This document shows, one piece after another, positions 1 through 12,207 of a stretch of DNA of 64,000 bases. Position 1 is the first letter of the stretch; each line of letters begins with the position of its first letter. This stretch comes from Deltaproteobacteria bacterium. Lineage in GTDB: Bacteria; Myxococcota_A; UBA9160; SMWR01. Below the pieces are notes generated by a model. The model worked only from the letters and a program-made list of their open reading frames with translations, was not told the origin of the DNA and searched no databases. Both the position numbers and the translations under genes were made by a program. The DNA is taken from positions 1 through 64,000 of the forward strand of contig JAQBHB010000051.1 of the NCBI GenBank assembly GCA_032128115.1, in the 5' to 3' direction.

Positions 1-1
1 G

Positions 2-1321
<1,320 letters not shown>

Positions 1322-1328
1322 GCAGGCA

Positions 1329-1334
1329 AGCCTA
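1329..1334 (-). promoter_or_regulatory. Putative -10 element (TAGGCT) 7 nt upstream of the clpB ATG; leaderless-type promoter
   Basis: Minus strand reads TAGGCT-tgcctgc-ATG with no Shine-Dalgarno between them. Confidence 0.4.
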
Positions 1335-1378
1335 AGCAGGGTCTCGGGGCGATCAAGGTGCGGAAGGCCTGCTCGCGG

Positions 1379-2908
<1,530 letters not shown>

Positions 2909-2939
2909 TTGTAACTCCGATGCGGTCCCGGATGCGGGG

Positions 2940-4316
2940 TTAAACCAGTGGTACGCTCACATGGTAACGACCCGATCCGCGCTGAACCACGACCAGCGCT
3001 CGCTGGCGTCCGCGCAGGTCGAGTGCCGACCGCCGCAGCGCCTCCTCGCCGTCCAGGGCCCGGCCGTTGATGCCGAGCACCAGGTCGCCGGCCTGGATTC
3101 CGATGCTGGCTGCGCCGCTGCCCGCGCGGACCGACTGGACCACGAAGGCCCCCGTCTTCTCGCGTTGCCGCAGCTCGAGCCCCAGGAGGTCGCTCACCAG
3201 CTCCTCCACGTGCTTCTCGGGAATCTCCTCGGCCCGCAACCCGAGCTCGAGGTCGTTGCCATCGCGCCACACGTCGATCTTGAGTTCCTGACCATCGGTC
3301 GCCGTCTCGAGGATCTCGAAGAAGCCGCGCGCGGAGGCGACCGGTCGACCATCCATGCGCTTGATCACGTCGCCTCGGGCGACGCCCGCGCGCCGGGCAG
3401 GGCTCTTCTTGCGCACCCGGTTCACCAGAGCGCCCTTCAGGTTGGAGGGCACGCGCATGGCTTCCCGCAGGGCGGGGCTCAGATCCTGGAAGTCGAGCCC
3501 CACCCAGACGGGTGTGACTTCGCCGTGGGCGATCAGCTCCGACACCACCCGCTTCGCCGTGTCGATGGGAATCGCGAACCCGATCCCCTGGGCGCCCTGG
3601 TACACCGCCGTGTTGATGGCGATGAGTTCCCCCTCGGCGTTGAGCAGTGGCCCACCGGAGTTGCCCGGATTGATGGAGGCGTCGGTCTGGAGGAAACCGT
3701 GGAAGACGCGTTGGTCGGTTCTCACGGAGCGGTTCAGGGCCGAGACCACGCCCGTGGTCACGGTGCTGGAGAGGCCAAAGGGATTGCCGATGGCGATGAC
3801 CGGCTCTCCCACCAACAGGTCTTCCGAGCCGCCGGGGGCGACCCAGGGCAGCGGCTCGTCCGACTTCGCCTGCAGCACGGCGATGTCGTTGTTGGGGTCG
3901 GCGCCGATCAGGGTCGCCTCGAACTCCCGGCCGTCCGCCATGGAGATCCGGATCCGGCTGGCCTGTGCCACCACGTGTTCGTTGGTGAGGATGTGGCCTT
4001 CGTCGTCGATCAGAACCCCCGAGCCCAGGCTCTGGGCGGTCTGGGGCAGGCGCGGCTCGAAGAAGTCGCGGAAGAACTGGTCGAAGAGCGGGTTCGGGGA
4101 GAAGCCGCGGAAGGGACTGCCGCGGGAGACCTGGCGCTCGGTGGTGATGTTGACGACCGCGGGGCCCACTGCCTCCACCACCTTGACGGTGGCGGTGCGG
4201 CGCAGGAAGGGATCTTCGGCGCGCGCGGGCGCGTCGGCCCAGGCGAAGCTCGTGATCAGGGCGATCCCCGCCAGGAGCCCTTGCGTGCCGGTCTTTTGGA
4301 GAGTCTGGAGACGCAT
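2940..4316 (-). CDS. Second HtrA/DegP family serine protease with PDZ domains
   Basis: SLGSGVLID, TNEHV, DPNNDIAVL, LQTDASINPGNSGGPL and two PDZ-like segments. Start chosen at ATG 4316, ahead of a signal-peptide-like stretch; the start is uncertain (ORF is open to 4478). Confidence 0.92.
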   Translation of the reverse strand: MRLQTLQKTGTQGLLAGIALITSFAWADAPARAEDPFLRRTATVKVVEAVGPAVVNITTERQVSRGSPFRGFSPNPLFDQFFRDFFEPRLPQTAQSLGSGVLIDDEGHILTNEHVVAQASRIRISMADGREFEATLIGADPNNDIAVLQAKSDEPLPWVAPGGSEDLLVGEPVIAIGNPFGLSSTVTTGVVSALNRSVRTDQRVFHGFLQTDASINPGNSGGPLLNAEGELIAINTAVYQGAQGIGFAIPIDTAKRVVSELIAHGEVTPVWVGLDFQDLSPALREAMRVPSNLKGALVNRVRKKSPARRAGVARGDVIKRMDGRPVASARGFFEILETATDGQELKIDVWRDGNDLELGLRAEEIPEKHVEELVSDLLGLELRQREKTGAFVVQSVRAGSGAASIGIQAGDLVLGINGRALDGEEALRRSALDLRGRQRALVVVQRGSGRYHVSVPLV

Positions 4317-4322
4317 CCTACC

Positions 4323-4352
4323 CAGGATCATGGAGTTCAGGATCATGGAGTT
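4323..4352. repeat. Perfect 15-bp tandem duplication CAGGATCATGGAGTT x2
   Basis: Read directly at 4323-4337 and 4338-4352. Confidence 0.9.
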
Positions 4353-4461
4353 GAAACCAGGAGCATGGGGTCGAGACGCAGGCCGGCCGCTGGAATTTGC
4401 AGCCGGCCGGGCCCGGCCCGGCCCGAGGGCGAAGTTAGCGCGGAATCCGTAGCCTGACGCC

Positions 4462-5616
4462 GTGCTCGCCAAGCTCATCCGGGAGTTCGAATCCCGCTAT
4501 CGGAGATCTCCACACGTCGCCGCGCGGGCGCCCGGCCGGGTCAACCTGATCGGCGAGCACACGGACTACAACGAAGGCCTGGTGCTGCCCTGCGCCATCG
4601 ATCGGGACACCCTGGCCCTGGCCGCGCCGGCCGGCGGCAACCGGGTTCGGATCCATTCCCGCGAGCGGGGCAACGCCAGCTTCGACGCGTCTCGGGTGGA
4701 GCGCCGCGGCGACTGGGTCGACTTCGCCCAGGGGGTCGTCCTGGCGCTGCGCGAAGCTGGTGCCCCGGTCTCTGGCCTCGACCTGGCGGTGGCCAGCCGG
4801 GTTCCTGCGGGTGCCGGCCTGTCGAGCTCGGCGGCCCTGGCCGTGGCGCTCACGACCGCCATCGACGCCGCCCTGGACCTGGGGCTCGATCCCGTGCAGC
4901 GCGCGCAGATCGCCCACCGGGCCGAGACCGATACCGTGGGAGTGGCCTGCGGAATCATGGATCCGTTCGCCAGCGCGCTGGGGCGGCATGGCTGCGCCCT
5001 GCGCATCGATTGCCGGTCACGGGAGACGCGAGCGATTCGCCTGCCGGATTCCCTGGGTCTGCTGGTGGCGGACTCCGGAGTCACACGGGAGCTGGCCTCG
5101 ACCGCCTACGACGAGCGCCGCCAGGCCTGTCGAAACGCAGTGGACGTCGCGTGCCGGGCGGGTGTGGCCGCGCCCGGCGCGGTGGCGTTGCGCGATCTCG
5201 GCCCCGGAGATCTGGCGGGGCTCGAGCGCGTACTCGATCCGGTGTCGTTCCGGCGCGCGCGCCACGTGATCACCGAGAACGAACGGGTCGATCAAACCTG
5301 TAGGGCGCTCGAGGCCGGCGACCTGCCCGCGGCGGGCGAGTGGATGCGCGACGGTATGCGCAGCCTGCGCGACGACTTCCAGGTGAGCACGCCCGAGCTG
5401 GATGCGCTCTGCGAGCTGGCCGAGGGCCAGGCCGGAGTCTACGGATCGCGTCTCACCGGCGCGGGCTTCGGTGGCTGCACCCTGCACCTGGTGGAGCGCG
5501 ACGTTGCCGAGGAGGTGGTGGCCTCACTCGAAGCTGGCTTCGAGTGTCGCTTCGGGCGGCGGCCTCCCATTCACCGGGTGTCGGCCGCCGATGGTGCGGC
5601 GCTCCTTTCCCTCTAG
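4462..5616 (+). CDS. galK: Galactokinase
   Basis: APGRVNLIGEHTDYNEG signature, GHMP motif PAGAGLSSSAAL, CGIMD, RARHVITENERV, GSRLTGAGFGGC. Confidence 0.96.
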   Translation: MLAKLIREFESRYRRSPHVAARAPGRVNLIGEHTDYNEGLVLPCAIDRDTLALAAPAGGNRVRIHSRERGNASFDASRVERRGDWVDFAQGVVLALREAGAPVSGLDLAVASRVPAGAGLSSSAALAVALTTAIDAALDLGLDPVQRAQIAHRAETDTVGVACGIMDPFASALGRHGCALRIDCRSRETRAIRLPDSLGLLVADSGVTRELASTAYDERRQACRNAVDVACRAGVAAPGAVALRDLGPGDLAGLERVLDPVSFRRARHVITENERVDQTCRALEAGDLPAAGEWMRDGMRSLRDDFQVSTPELDALCELAEGQAGVYGSRLTGAGFGGCTLHLVERDVAEEVVASLEAGFECRFGRRPPIHRVSAADGAALLSL

Positions 5617-6275
5617 AACCCGCTGCGGCGCACCGCGGCGTCCAGGGCGCGCCGCAGGTCGCGCGCGGCCCGGGCCGGATCGTCGGCGCCCTGGATCGCG
5701 CCGGTCACGGCCACACCGGCGGCGCCCGCGGCCAGCAGCGCTGCGGCGTTCCCGGCATCCACGCCCCCCTGGGCCAGGATCGGGGGCGAGGAGGCTGCTG
5801 CCGCGGCAAGCGCCCGAGCACCCAGGGGCGAGCGGGAAGGGCCCTTCGAGATCGGCGGGAAAACGGGGGCCAGGTGCACGTAGTCGGCGCCCGCAATGCG
5901 GGCTTCCCGCGCCTCGGCCGGGGAGTGGATCGACACGCCCACCAGCGCATCGACGCCGAGAAGCGAGCGCAGCGTGGTCACGTCCAGTGCGTCGAAGCCC
6001 AGATGCACGCCGTCGGCGTTGCTGGCCAGGGCCACGTCCGCGCGTCGATTCACCAGGATGCGCACCGCGCGTCCGGCGCGTTGCGCGGCGTCGCGGGCCG
6101 CGCGGGAGAGCAGATCCACCAGGGCCAGCAACGCGGCGCCGTCCAGGTCGCGCTCGCGCACCTGCACCCAATCGACGCCCCCCGCCACGGCCGCCGCCAC
6201 ACACGCGGGCAGCGACCCGCGGACGGACGCCCGGTCCGTGACCAGACAGAGGATGGGGGGGGAGGCGTCGCTCAG
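5613..6275 (-). CDS. thiE: Thiamine-phosphate synthase (ThiE/TenI family)
   Basis: [28 protein letters not shown]...ADGVHLG, GVSIHS, GADYV, AQGGV, GAAGVAV; follows thiG. The only plausible start ahead of the first conserved strand is CTG at 6275, overlapping the thiG stop. Confidence 0.85.
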   Translation of the reverse strand: MSDASPPILCLVTDRASVRGSLPACVAAAVAGGVDWVQVRERDLDGAALLALVDLLSRAARDAAQRAGRAVRILVNRRADVALASNADGVHLGFDALDVTTLRSLLGVDALVGVSIHSPAEAREARIAGADYVHLAPVFPPISKGPSRSPLGARALAAAAASSPPILAQGGVDAGNAAALLAAGAAGVAVTGAIQGADDPARAARDLRRALDAAVRRSGF

Positions 6276-7054
6276 AAGCTCGCGAGCCCGTCGGGCGGGC
6301 TCGAGGCCGACGCGTACAGGCGTCGCGGCATGCGGCCGGCCTCGTAGGCCAGGCGGCCCGACTCGACGGCGAGCTTCATGGCCCGCGCCATCTGCAGCGG
6401 ATTCTTGGCCGCCGCGATCCCGGTATTCATGAGCACCGCGGTGCAGCCCAGCTCCATGGCGAAGGAGGCGTCGCTGGCGGTTCCCACCCCGGCGTCGACG
6501 ATCACGGGCACCTCGACGGTTTCGAGGATGATGCGGATGTTCGCCGGGTTGCGGATGCCCATGCCCGAGCCGATGGGCGCGCCCAGGGGCATCACCGCGG
6601 CGCAGCCCAGGGCGGCGAGTTTCTGGCAGGCCACCGGGTCGTCGGTCACGTAGGGCAGGACCGTGAAGCCCTCGTCTACCAGCACGCGCGCCGCCTCGAT
6701 CGTCGCGGACACGTCGGGAAACAGGGTGCGCTCGTCGCCGATCACCTCGAGCTTCACCAGCTCGGTTCCCAGCAATTCCCGGCCCATGCGGGCGGTTGCG
6801 AGGGCGTCGTCGACCGTGAAGCAGCCGGCAGTGTTGGGGAGGATCGCGAAGCGATCCGGCGAAATGAAGTCCAGCAGACCTTCGCCCCTGGGCGCATGCA
6901 GGCGGGTGCGGCGAAGCGCCACGGTCACCATCTCGGCGCCGCTGGCTTCGGCGCAAGCCCGGTTCTGCTCGAACGAGGCGTACTTGCCCGAGCCGATGAT
7001 GAGTCGCGATGTGAACTCGTGTTTTCCGAGCTTGTAGGAGCCGGGCTCCGACAT
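6272..7054 (-). CDS. thiG: Thiazole synthase
   Basis: [64 protein letters not shown]. Confidence 0.97.
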   Translation of the reverse strand: MSEPGSYKLGKHEFTSRLIIGSGKYASFEQNRACAEASGAEMVTVALRRTRLHAPRGEGLLDFISPDRFAILPNTAGCFTVDDALATARMGRELLGTELVKLEVIGDERTLFPDVSATIEAARVLVDEGFTVLPYVTDDPVACQKLAALGCAAVMPLGAPIGSGMGIRNPANIRIILETVEVPVIVDAGVGTASDASFAMELGCTAVLMNTGIAAAKNPLQMARAMKLAVESGRLAYEAGRMPRRLYASASSPPDGLASF

Positions 7055-7057
7055 GGA

Positions 7058-7273
7058 TCAGCCTCCACCGACGGCTTCGAGGATTTCGATACGGTCGCCC
7101 GACGAAAGGAGGTGATCCGGGAAGTGGGACCGCGGAATCACGTCCCGGTTGACCGCGACGGCGATGCGCTTGCTCTCCATCCCGAGACTGCGCACGAGCC
7201 CCGCAACGGTGCAGCCGCGGGGGACGGACCGGGGTTCTCCGTTGACCACCAGTGACAGTTCCTGTTGGGACAC
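7058..7273 (-). CDS. thiS: Sulfur carrier protein ThiS
   Basis: About 71 aa from GTG 7273; VNGE, IAVAVN..VIPR, GDRIEILEAVGGG C-terminus; directly upstream of thiG. Confidence 0.95.
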   Translation of the reverse strand: MSQQELSLVVNGEPRSVPRGCTVAGLVRSLGMESKRIAVAVNRDVIPRSHFPDHLLSSGDRIEILEAVGGG

Positions 7274-7415
7274 GGGCTGTTCGGGGCCTCGAGCGCGCGC
7301 TCGGAAGCTACCCGAGTGGCTTCGCGGGTGCAAAACGGAGCAGCCGGTTTCGTCCCATGTTTCGATGGGTTATCGGTCTGATCCGCGGACACTGGGTTCC
7401 GCTGGGGGCAACCCT

Positions 7416-8558
7416 TTGGACGAAGGATCCTGGGATCGGCCCACCCGCGCGATCATCCGCCTGGGCGCCCTGCGTGCGAACTATGCCGAGGCCGAGCGCC
7501 GCGCCGGCGGGCGCACGGTGATCGCGGTGATCAAGGCCGACGCCTACGGACACGGCGCGGTCCGTGTGGCCCAGAGCCTGGTGCGGGCGGGCTGTCCGCA
7601 CCTGGCAGTTCTGAGCGTCGGCGAGGCCGCCGAGCTGCGTGACGCCCGCGTGGGGGTCCCGATCCTGGTGCTTGGCGGCGTCCACACCCCCGCTGGAGCC
7701 CGGGCGGTTGCCGAACTGGGCGCCACGCCGGTGGTCCATCACCGGGGTCACGTATCCCTGCTCGCCGAGGCTGCGAGGGCCGCCGGGGTTGCGGGAAAAC
7801 TGGGTGTTCACGTGGAGGTGGACACGGGCATGCGGCGCATGGGGGTGCCGCCCGGCGATGCCGTCGCCCTGCTCGAGGCAGTCTGTGCCGAGCCGGCACT
7901 CCGCCTCGCGGGCGTCTACACCCACCTGGCTCGGGGCGACGATCCCGACCTGCTGCCTTCTCTCGAGCAATTCGCAGACTTCCGCCGGGTGCTGGCGGCA
8001 GCTCGCGAGCGGGGCATCGAGCCCGGGATGGTGCACGGCGCCAATTCGGCGGGACTGCTGGCGGGCGAGGCCCTGGCCGAGGCGCTCCCAGAGGCCACGG
8101 CGGTGCGTCCGGGGATCATGCTCTACGGCGTGGCCCCGGCTCCTCATCTGGCGGCCGGCCTGCAAGCGGTCATGACCTTCACCACCCGCGTGGTCCACGT
8201 GCGGCGCGTGGCCGCCGGGGAGACCGTGGGCTACGGAGCGCGGTTCCGCGCGTCTCGGGACACCCGGGTCGCGACGCTCAGGGCGGGCTACGCCGATGGC
8301 ATCCCCATGTCGGCGTCGAACCGCGGCCGTGTCCGAATCCGGGGCCGCGAGCTTCCCCTGGTGGGTCGCGTGTCCATGGATTTCGTCGGCGTCGACGTGG
8401 GCGACACGCTCGTGGAGATCGGTGACGAGGCGCTGGTCTTCGGTGCAATGGGAAGCGAGCGGCTTCCCGTGGAGCAGGCGGCGGTCGCCGCCGAGACACT
8501 TGCGTACGAGTTGCTGGTCCGGGTGGGCGCTCGAGTCCGACGGGATTTCGAAGATTGA
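7416..8558 (+). CDS. alr: Alanine racemase
   Basis: AVIKADAYGHG (PLP lysine), VDTGMRRMG, VYTHLA, HGANSA, VRPGIMLYG, GYADG, VGRVSMD, YELL. Start placed at TTG 7416. Confidence 0.96.
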   Translation: MDEGSWDRPTRAIIRLGALRANYAEAERRAGGRTVIAVIKADAYGHGAVRVAQSLVRAGCPHLAVLSVGEAAELRDARVGVPILVLGGVHTPAGARAVAELGATPVVHHRGHVSLLAEAARAAGVAGKLGVHVEVDTGMRRMGVPPGDAVALLEAVCAEPALRLAGVYTHLARGDDPDLLPSLEQFADFRRVLAAARERGIEPGMVHGANSAGLLAGEALAEALPEATAVRPGIMLYGVAPAPHLAAGLQAVMTFTTRVVHVRRVAAGETVGYGARFRASRDTRVATLRAGYADGIPMSASNRGRVRIRGRELPLVGRVSMDFVGVDVGDTLVEIGDEALVFGAMGSERLPVEQAAVAAETLAYELLVRVGARVRRDFED

Positions 8559-8598
8559 GTGACTCCCGCCGGGGAAACGGCGTCTCGCTGCCCCGGGT

Positions 8599-8627
8599 TT
8601 GACTTCGATCCCGCGCCTCGGTAAACC
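8599..8627 (+). promoter_or_regulatory. Putative sigma70-type promoter for the purH operon
   Basis: TTGACT (8599-8604), 17-nt spacer, TAAACC (8622-8627); the -10 is imperfect. Confidence 0.4.
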
Positions 8628-8675
8628 TGCCGACGGGCCCGCCTGTCTGCGTTTCAACGGCACGAGGACACTTCG

Positions 8676-10292
8676 ATGACTCCCCAGCCTAGACCGTGTC
8701 CGGTCCGGCGCGCGCTCCTTTCGGTTTCCGACAAGACGGGACTCGTCGACTTCGCCCGCGGCCTGCGCGAGCTGGATGTGGAGCTGATCGCATCCGGTGG
8801 CACCGCTACCGCCCTGCGCGAAGCCGGTCTCGAGGTGATCGACGTGGCTGCGGTCACGGGAAGCCCCGAGATGCTCGGCGGGCGCGTGAAGACGCTGCAC
8901 CCGCACATCCACGGCGGCGTTCTGGCGCGACGCAACCACGAGCAGGACCAGGCCGACCTGAAGCAGCACGGTCTCGAGACCATCGATCTGGTGGTGGTGA
9001 ATCTCTATCCGTTCGAGGCCACCGTGGCGGCGCCGGGCGTGACCCTGGCCGAGGCCATCGAGAAGATCGACATCGGGGGGCCGTCCATGATCCGGTCCGC
9101 TGCGAAGAACCACGCCTACGTGGGCGTCGTGGTGGACCCGGGTGACTACCCGGCGATCCTCGGGGAGCTGCGGGCCTCGGGCGGGAGCCTGGGCGACGTC
9201 ACCCGCGCACGCCTGGCGCGCCAGGCCTTCGAGCGCACGGCGCGCTACGACGCGGCCATCCATTCCTATTTAGTAGGTCACGGGTCGGGTCATGGATCGG
9301 GTCATGGATCGGGTCATGGGTCCGATGCGGACGCTTCCGAGGCGGTGCTGCCGGCAAGCCTCCGGGTCGATCTGCCCCGGGCCGCCGGTCTCCGGTACGG
9401 TGAGAATCCCCACCAGGCAGCGGCGCTCTACGGGAGTTTCCTCGAGATTGCCGAGCCGCTTCACGGCAAGCAGCTCTCGTTCAACAACCTGGTGGACACC
9501 CACGCGGCGCTGGCCCTGATCCTGGAGTTCGACCCGGACGAGTCGGCGACGGTTGCCATCCTCAAGCACAACACCCCGTGTGGAGTGGGCAGCGGGAGCG
9601 AACCGCTCGAGGCGTACCAGCGCGCATTCGCGACCGATCCCGAGTCCCCGTTCGGAGGGATCGTTGCCTGCAACCGCGCCTTCGATCTCGAGCTGGCTCG
9701 CGAGGTGGACAAGATCTTCACCGAGGTTCTCATCGCTCCCGGGTTCAGTGACGAGGCTCTCGGGCTGCTCACCCGCAAGAAGAACCGGCGTCTCCTCCAT
9801 TTTCATCCCGAGCGTGTTCCGGCGGGAGGGATGGACTGGAAGGGCGTGCTCGGGGGGGTGCTGGTGCAGGAGCCCGATCGGACCCTGGAAGATGTGGCGG
9901 TGTCTCGCGTGGCCAGCGTCCGCAAGCCCGGCGACGATGAATTGCGGGCGTTGCAGTTCGGCTGGAAGGTGGTGAAGCACGTGAAGAGCAACGCGGTGGT
10001 GTTCGCTGGCGTGGACCGCACCCTGGCAATCGGCGGTGGTGCGACTTCGCGGGTGGATGCCATCCACCAGGCGCAGGCCAAGGCCCTGCGGGTGGGACTC
10101 GACCTGGCGGGATCGGCGCTGGCCAGCGATGCCTTCTTTCCGTTTCCCGACGGGCTCGAAGCCGCGGCCCGGGCCGGGGCCACGGCCGTGATCCAGCCCG
10201 GGGGCTCGCTTCGCGACGACGACGTGATCGAGGCTGCCGATCGCCTGAAGGTGGCCATGATCTTCACCGGCGTCCGGCATTTCCGACACTGA
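8676..10292 (+). CDS. purH: Bifunctional AICAR transformylase / IMP cyclohydrolase
   Basis: RALLSVSDKTG, GGRVKTLHP, IDIGGPSMIRSAAKN, LRYGENPHQ, KHNTPCG, KHVKSNA, ASDAFFPFPDG, IQPGGS, RHFRH. Confidence 0.98.
   Translation: MTPQPRPCPVRRALLSVSDKTGLVDFARGLRELDVELIASGGTATALREAGLEVIDVAAVTGSPEMLGGRVKTLHPHIHGGVLARRNHEQDQADLKQHGLETIDLVVVNLYPFEATVAAPGVTLAEAIEKIDIGGPSMIRSAAKNHAYVGVVVDPGDYPAILGELRASGGSLGDVTRARLARQAFERTARYDAAIHSYLVGHGSGHGSGHGSGHGSDADASEAVLPASLRVDLPRAAGLRYGENPHQAAALYGSFLEIAEPLHGKQLSFNNLVDTHAALALILEFDPDESATVAILKHNTPCGVGSGSEPLEAYQRAFATDPESPFGGIVACNRAFDLELAREVDKIFTEVLIAPGFSDEALGLLTRKKNRRLLHFHPERVPAGGMDWKGVLGGVLVQEPDRTLEDVAVSRVASVRKPGDDELRALQFGWKVVKHVKSNAVVFAGVDRTLAIGGGATSRVDAIHQAQAKALRVGLDLAGSALASDAFFPFPDGLEAAARAGATAVIQPGGSLRDDDVIEAADRLKVAMIFTGVRHFRH
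9276..9323 (+). repeat. 4 x 12-bp in-frame tandem repeat encoding (GHGS)4 in the PurH linker
   Basis: GGTCACGGGTCG GGTCATGGATCG GGTCATGGATCG GGTCATGGGTCC. Confidence 0.92.
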
Positions 10293-11572
10293 TGCGGGTC
10301 CTGATCGTCGGCTCTGGCGGCCGCGAGCACGCGTTGGCCTGGAAGATCGCTCGCAGCGCCCAGGTGGACCGGGTGCTCGCCGCACCGGGCAGCGACGGCA
10401 TCGCACACGACGCGACCTGTTTTCCCCAGGTTGCCGATACCGACACCGCAGGGCTCCTCCGCCTGTGCAGGGACGAATCGGTGAACCTGGTGGTGATCGG
10501 CCCCGAGGCGCCCCTGGCGGCCGGCGTGGCGGATCGCCTGCGCGAGGCGGGCTTCCCGGTGTTCGGTCCATCCCAGGCGGCCGCCCGCCTCGAGTCGAGC
10601 AAGTCCTTCGCGCGCCAGTTCATGGCACGCCACGGGATCCCCAGCGCAGACTTCCGGGTCTTCGAGGATCTGGAGACGGCGCGCGCCTACGTGCGAGGGC
10701 TCGACGGCCCGTGCGTGGTGAAGGCCGACGGTCTCGCCGCGGGAAAGGGTGTCGCCGTGTGCGCCACGTCGGAAGAGGCGGAGCGCGCACTGGAAGAGAT
10801 GATGTGGGACCGCCGCTTCGGGGATGCGGGGGCGCAGGTGCTGGTGGAGGAATGTCTAAAGGGTGAGGAGGTCTCCTACTACGCCATCAGCGACGGTCGC
10901 CACATCGTGACGCTCGCCGCCGCCCAGGATCACAAGCGGTTGCTCGACGGCGACCTCGGCGAGAACACGGGAGGCATGGGCGCCTACTCGCCGGCCCCGA
11001 TCCTGAGCGAATCCGTGGAGAAGCGCGTGATCGAGGAGGTGGTGTACCCGACGATCCGCGGCATGGCCGAGGACGGCACGCCCTACACCGGAGTGCTCTA
11101 CGTGGGCCTGATGATCGACGCGACCGGGGCGCCGCGCGTAGTGGAGTTCAACGTCCGCTTCGGCGACCCGGAGACCCAACCCCTGGTGCTCCGCATGGCG
11201 GGCGACCTGGTGCCGCTCCTCAACGGATCCGCCCATGGAAACCTGGAACGCGTGGCCCCGATGATCTGGGAGGCGGCGGCAGTGTGCGTGGTGCTGGCCT
11301 CCGGCGGCTACCCGCGTTCGTACGAGACCGGATTCCCCATCGAGGGACTGGAAAGCCTCGACGGGGATCCGGATCTGGTGGTATTCCACGCCGGCACGCG
11401 AACCGGTGCCGACGGGCGCACGCTGACGGCGGGAGGCCGGGTGCTCGGCGTAACCGCGCGCGGCGCCAGCGTGGCCGAAGCCCAGGCCCGGGCCTACGCC
11501 GGCGCCGAGCGCATCCGGTTCAAGGGCGCCCACATGCGCCGCGACATCGCGGCGCGCGCCCTCTCTTCATGA
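10292..11572 (+). CDS. purD: Phosphoribosylamine--glycine ligase
   Basis: GSGGREHAL, VIGPEAPL, LESSK, VKADGLAAGKGV, QDHKR, NTGGMGAY, EFNVRFGDPETQ, GGRVL. Confidence 0.98.
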   Translation: MRVLIVGSGGREHALAWKIARSAQVDRVLAAPGSDGIAHDATCFPQVADTDTAGLLRLCRDESVNLVVIGPEAPLAAGVADRLREAGFPVFGPSQAAARLESSKSFARQFMARHGIPSADFRVFEDLETARAYVRGLDGPCVVKADGLAAGKGVAVCATSEEAERALEEMMWDRRFGDAGAQVLVEECLKGEEVSYYAISDGRHIVTLAAAQDHKRLLDGDLGENTGGMGAYSPAPILSESVEKRVIEEVVYPTIRGMAEDGTPYTGVLYVGLMIDATGAPRVVEFNVRFGDPETQPLVLRMAGDLVPLLNGSAHGNLERVAPMIWEAAAVCVVLASGGYPRSYETGFPIEGLESLDGDPDLVVFHAGTRTGADGRTLTAGGRVLGVTARGASVAEAQARAYAGAERIRFKGAHMRRDIAARALSS

Positions 11573-12207
11573 GGCCCGACCCCCTGGGCGAAGCCGTCGA
11601 GTGGCTCCGAGAAGGCGGCCTGCTGGCGTATCCCACCGAGACCGTGTGGGGCGTGGGCGCCGACGCGAAAAGCGACGAGTCGCTTGCTCGCCTGCGCCGC
11701 TGGAAGGGGCGCGGCGAGGCCTCGCCCCTGTCGATCCTGGTGGAGCAGGCATCGGACCTGGACGCGCTCGGTTTCGAGCTCGGAACGGGCGCGCGGCGCA
11801 TGGTCGAGGAGTTGTGGCCCGGCCCACTCACGTTGGTGATTTCGTGCCGCCGGCCGTTCGGACGGGGTCTGGCCCGGGACGACGGCGCGGTGGGGGTGCG
11901 GTGCTCGGCGCACCCGCTGGCCGCCGCTCTGGCGCGTCGGCTTCGCGAAGCGGGCGTGGGCCCCATTACCGCAACCAGCCTCAACCACAGCGGCGCCGAG
12001 CCGGCGCACACGCACGACGAGGCCAGCGCCTTGTGCGGCGACGGCTTGGAGACGCCGCGGCTCCTCGGGGTCGAGCACGCAGAATCGGGCGGGGCGGACG
12101 CCAGCACCGTGGTGGACGTGACCGGCGACCCGCCTCGCGTCCTGCGCTGGGGGGCCGTGAACGCAGCGGCACTCGAGTCGTGGCTCGGGGACGGAGCGAA
12201 CGCGTGA
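11569..12207 (+). CDS. tsaC: L-threonylcarbamoyladenylate synthase (TsaC/YrdC/Sua5 family)
   Basis: AYPTETVWG, KGR, WPGPLTLV, PITATSLNHSG, ASTVVD, LRWG; ATGA overlap with the purD stop. Confidence 0.9.
   Translation: MRPDPLGEAVEWLREGGLLAYPTETVWGVGADAKSDESLARLRRWKGRGEASPLSILVEQASDLDALGFELGTGARRMVEELWPGPLTLVISCRRPFGRGLARDDGAVGVRCSAHPLAAALARRLREAGVGPITATSLNHSGAEPAHTHDEASALCGDGLETPRLLGVEHAESGGADASTVVDVTGDPPRVLRWGAVNAAALESWLGDGANA

Noticed and set aside
4399..4428. GCCGGCCGGGCCCGGCCCGGCCC run as a possible repeat or regulatory element
   Set aside because: Low-complexity G/C tract with no second copy noticed; expected in DNA of this composition.
7274..7415. Possible TPP riboswitch upstream of thiS-thiG-thiE
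   Set aside because: No CUGAGA or CCUGA..AAU..AGCG.AGG core on the minus strand; an Infernal/Rfam scan would be decisive.
8559..8675. Possible ZMP/ZTP (pfl) riboswitch upstream of purH (GTGACT and GCCCGCCTG fragments)
   Set aside because: The GACUGGCG pseudoknot partner and the closing GGGC stem are missing, and a promoter-like sequence occupies the middle. Not supported without an Rfam hit.
9276..9323. Tandem repeats here and at 16777 and 50773 as possible CRISPR arrays
   Set aside because: Units are 9-18 bp, directly adjacent with no spacers, in frame within genes, and there are no cas genes.
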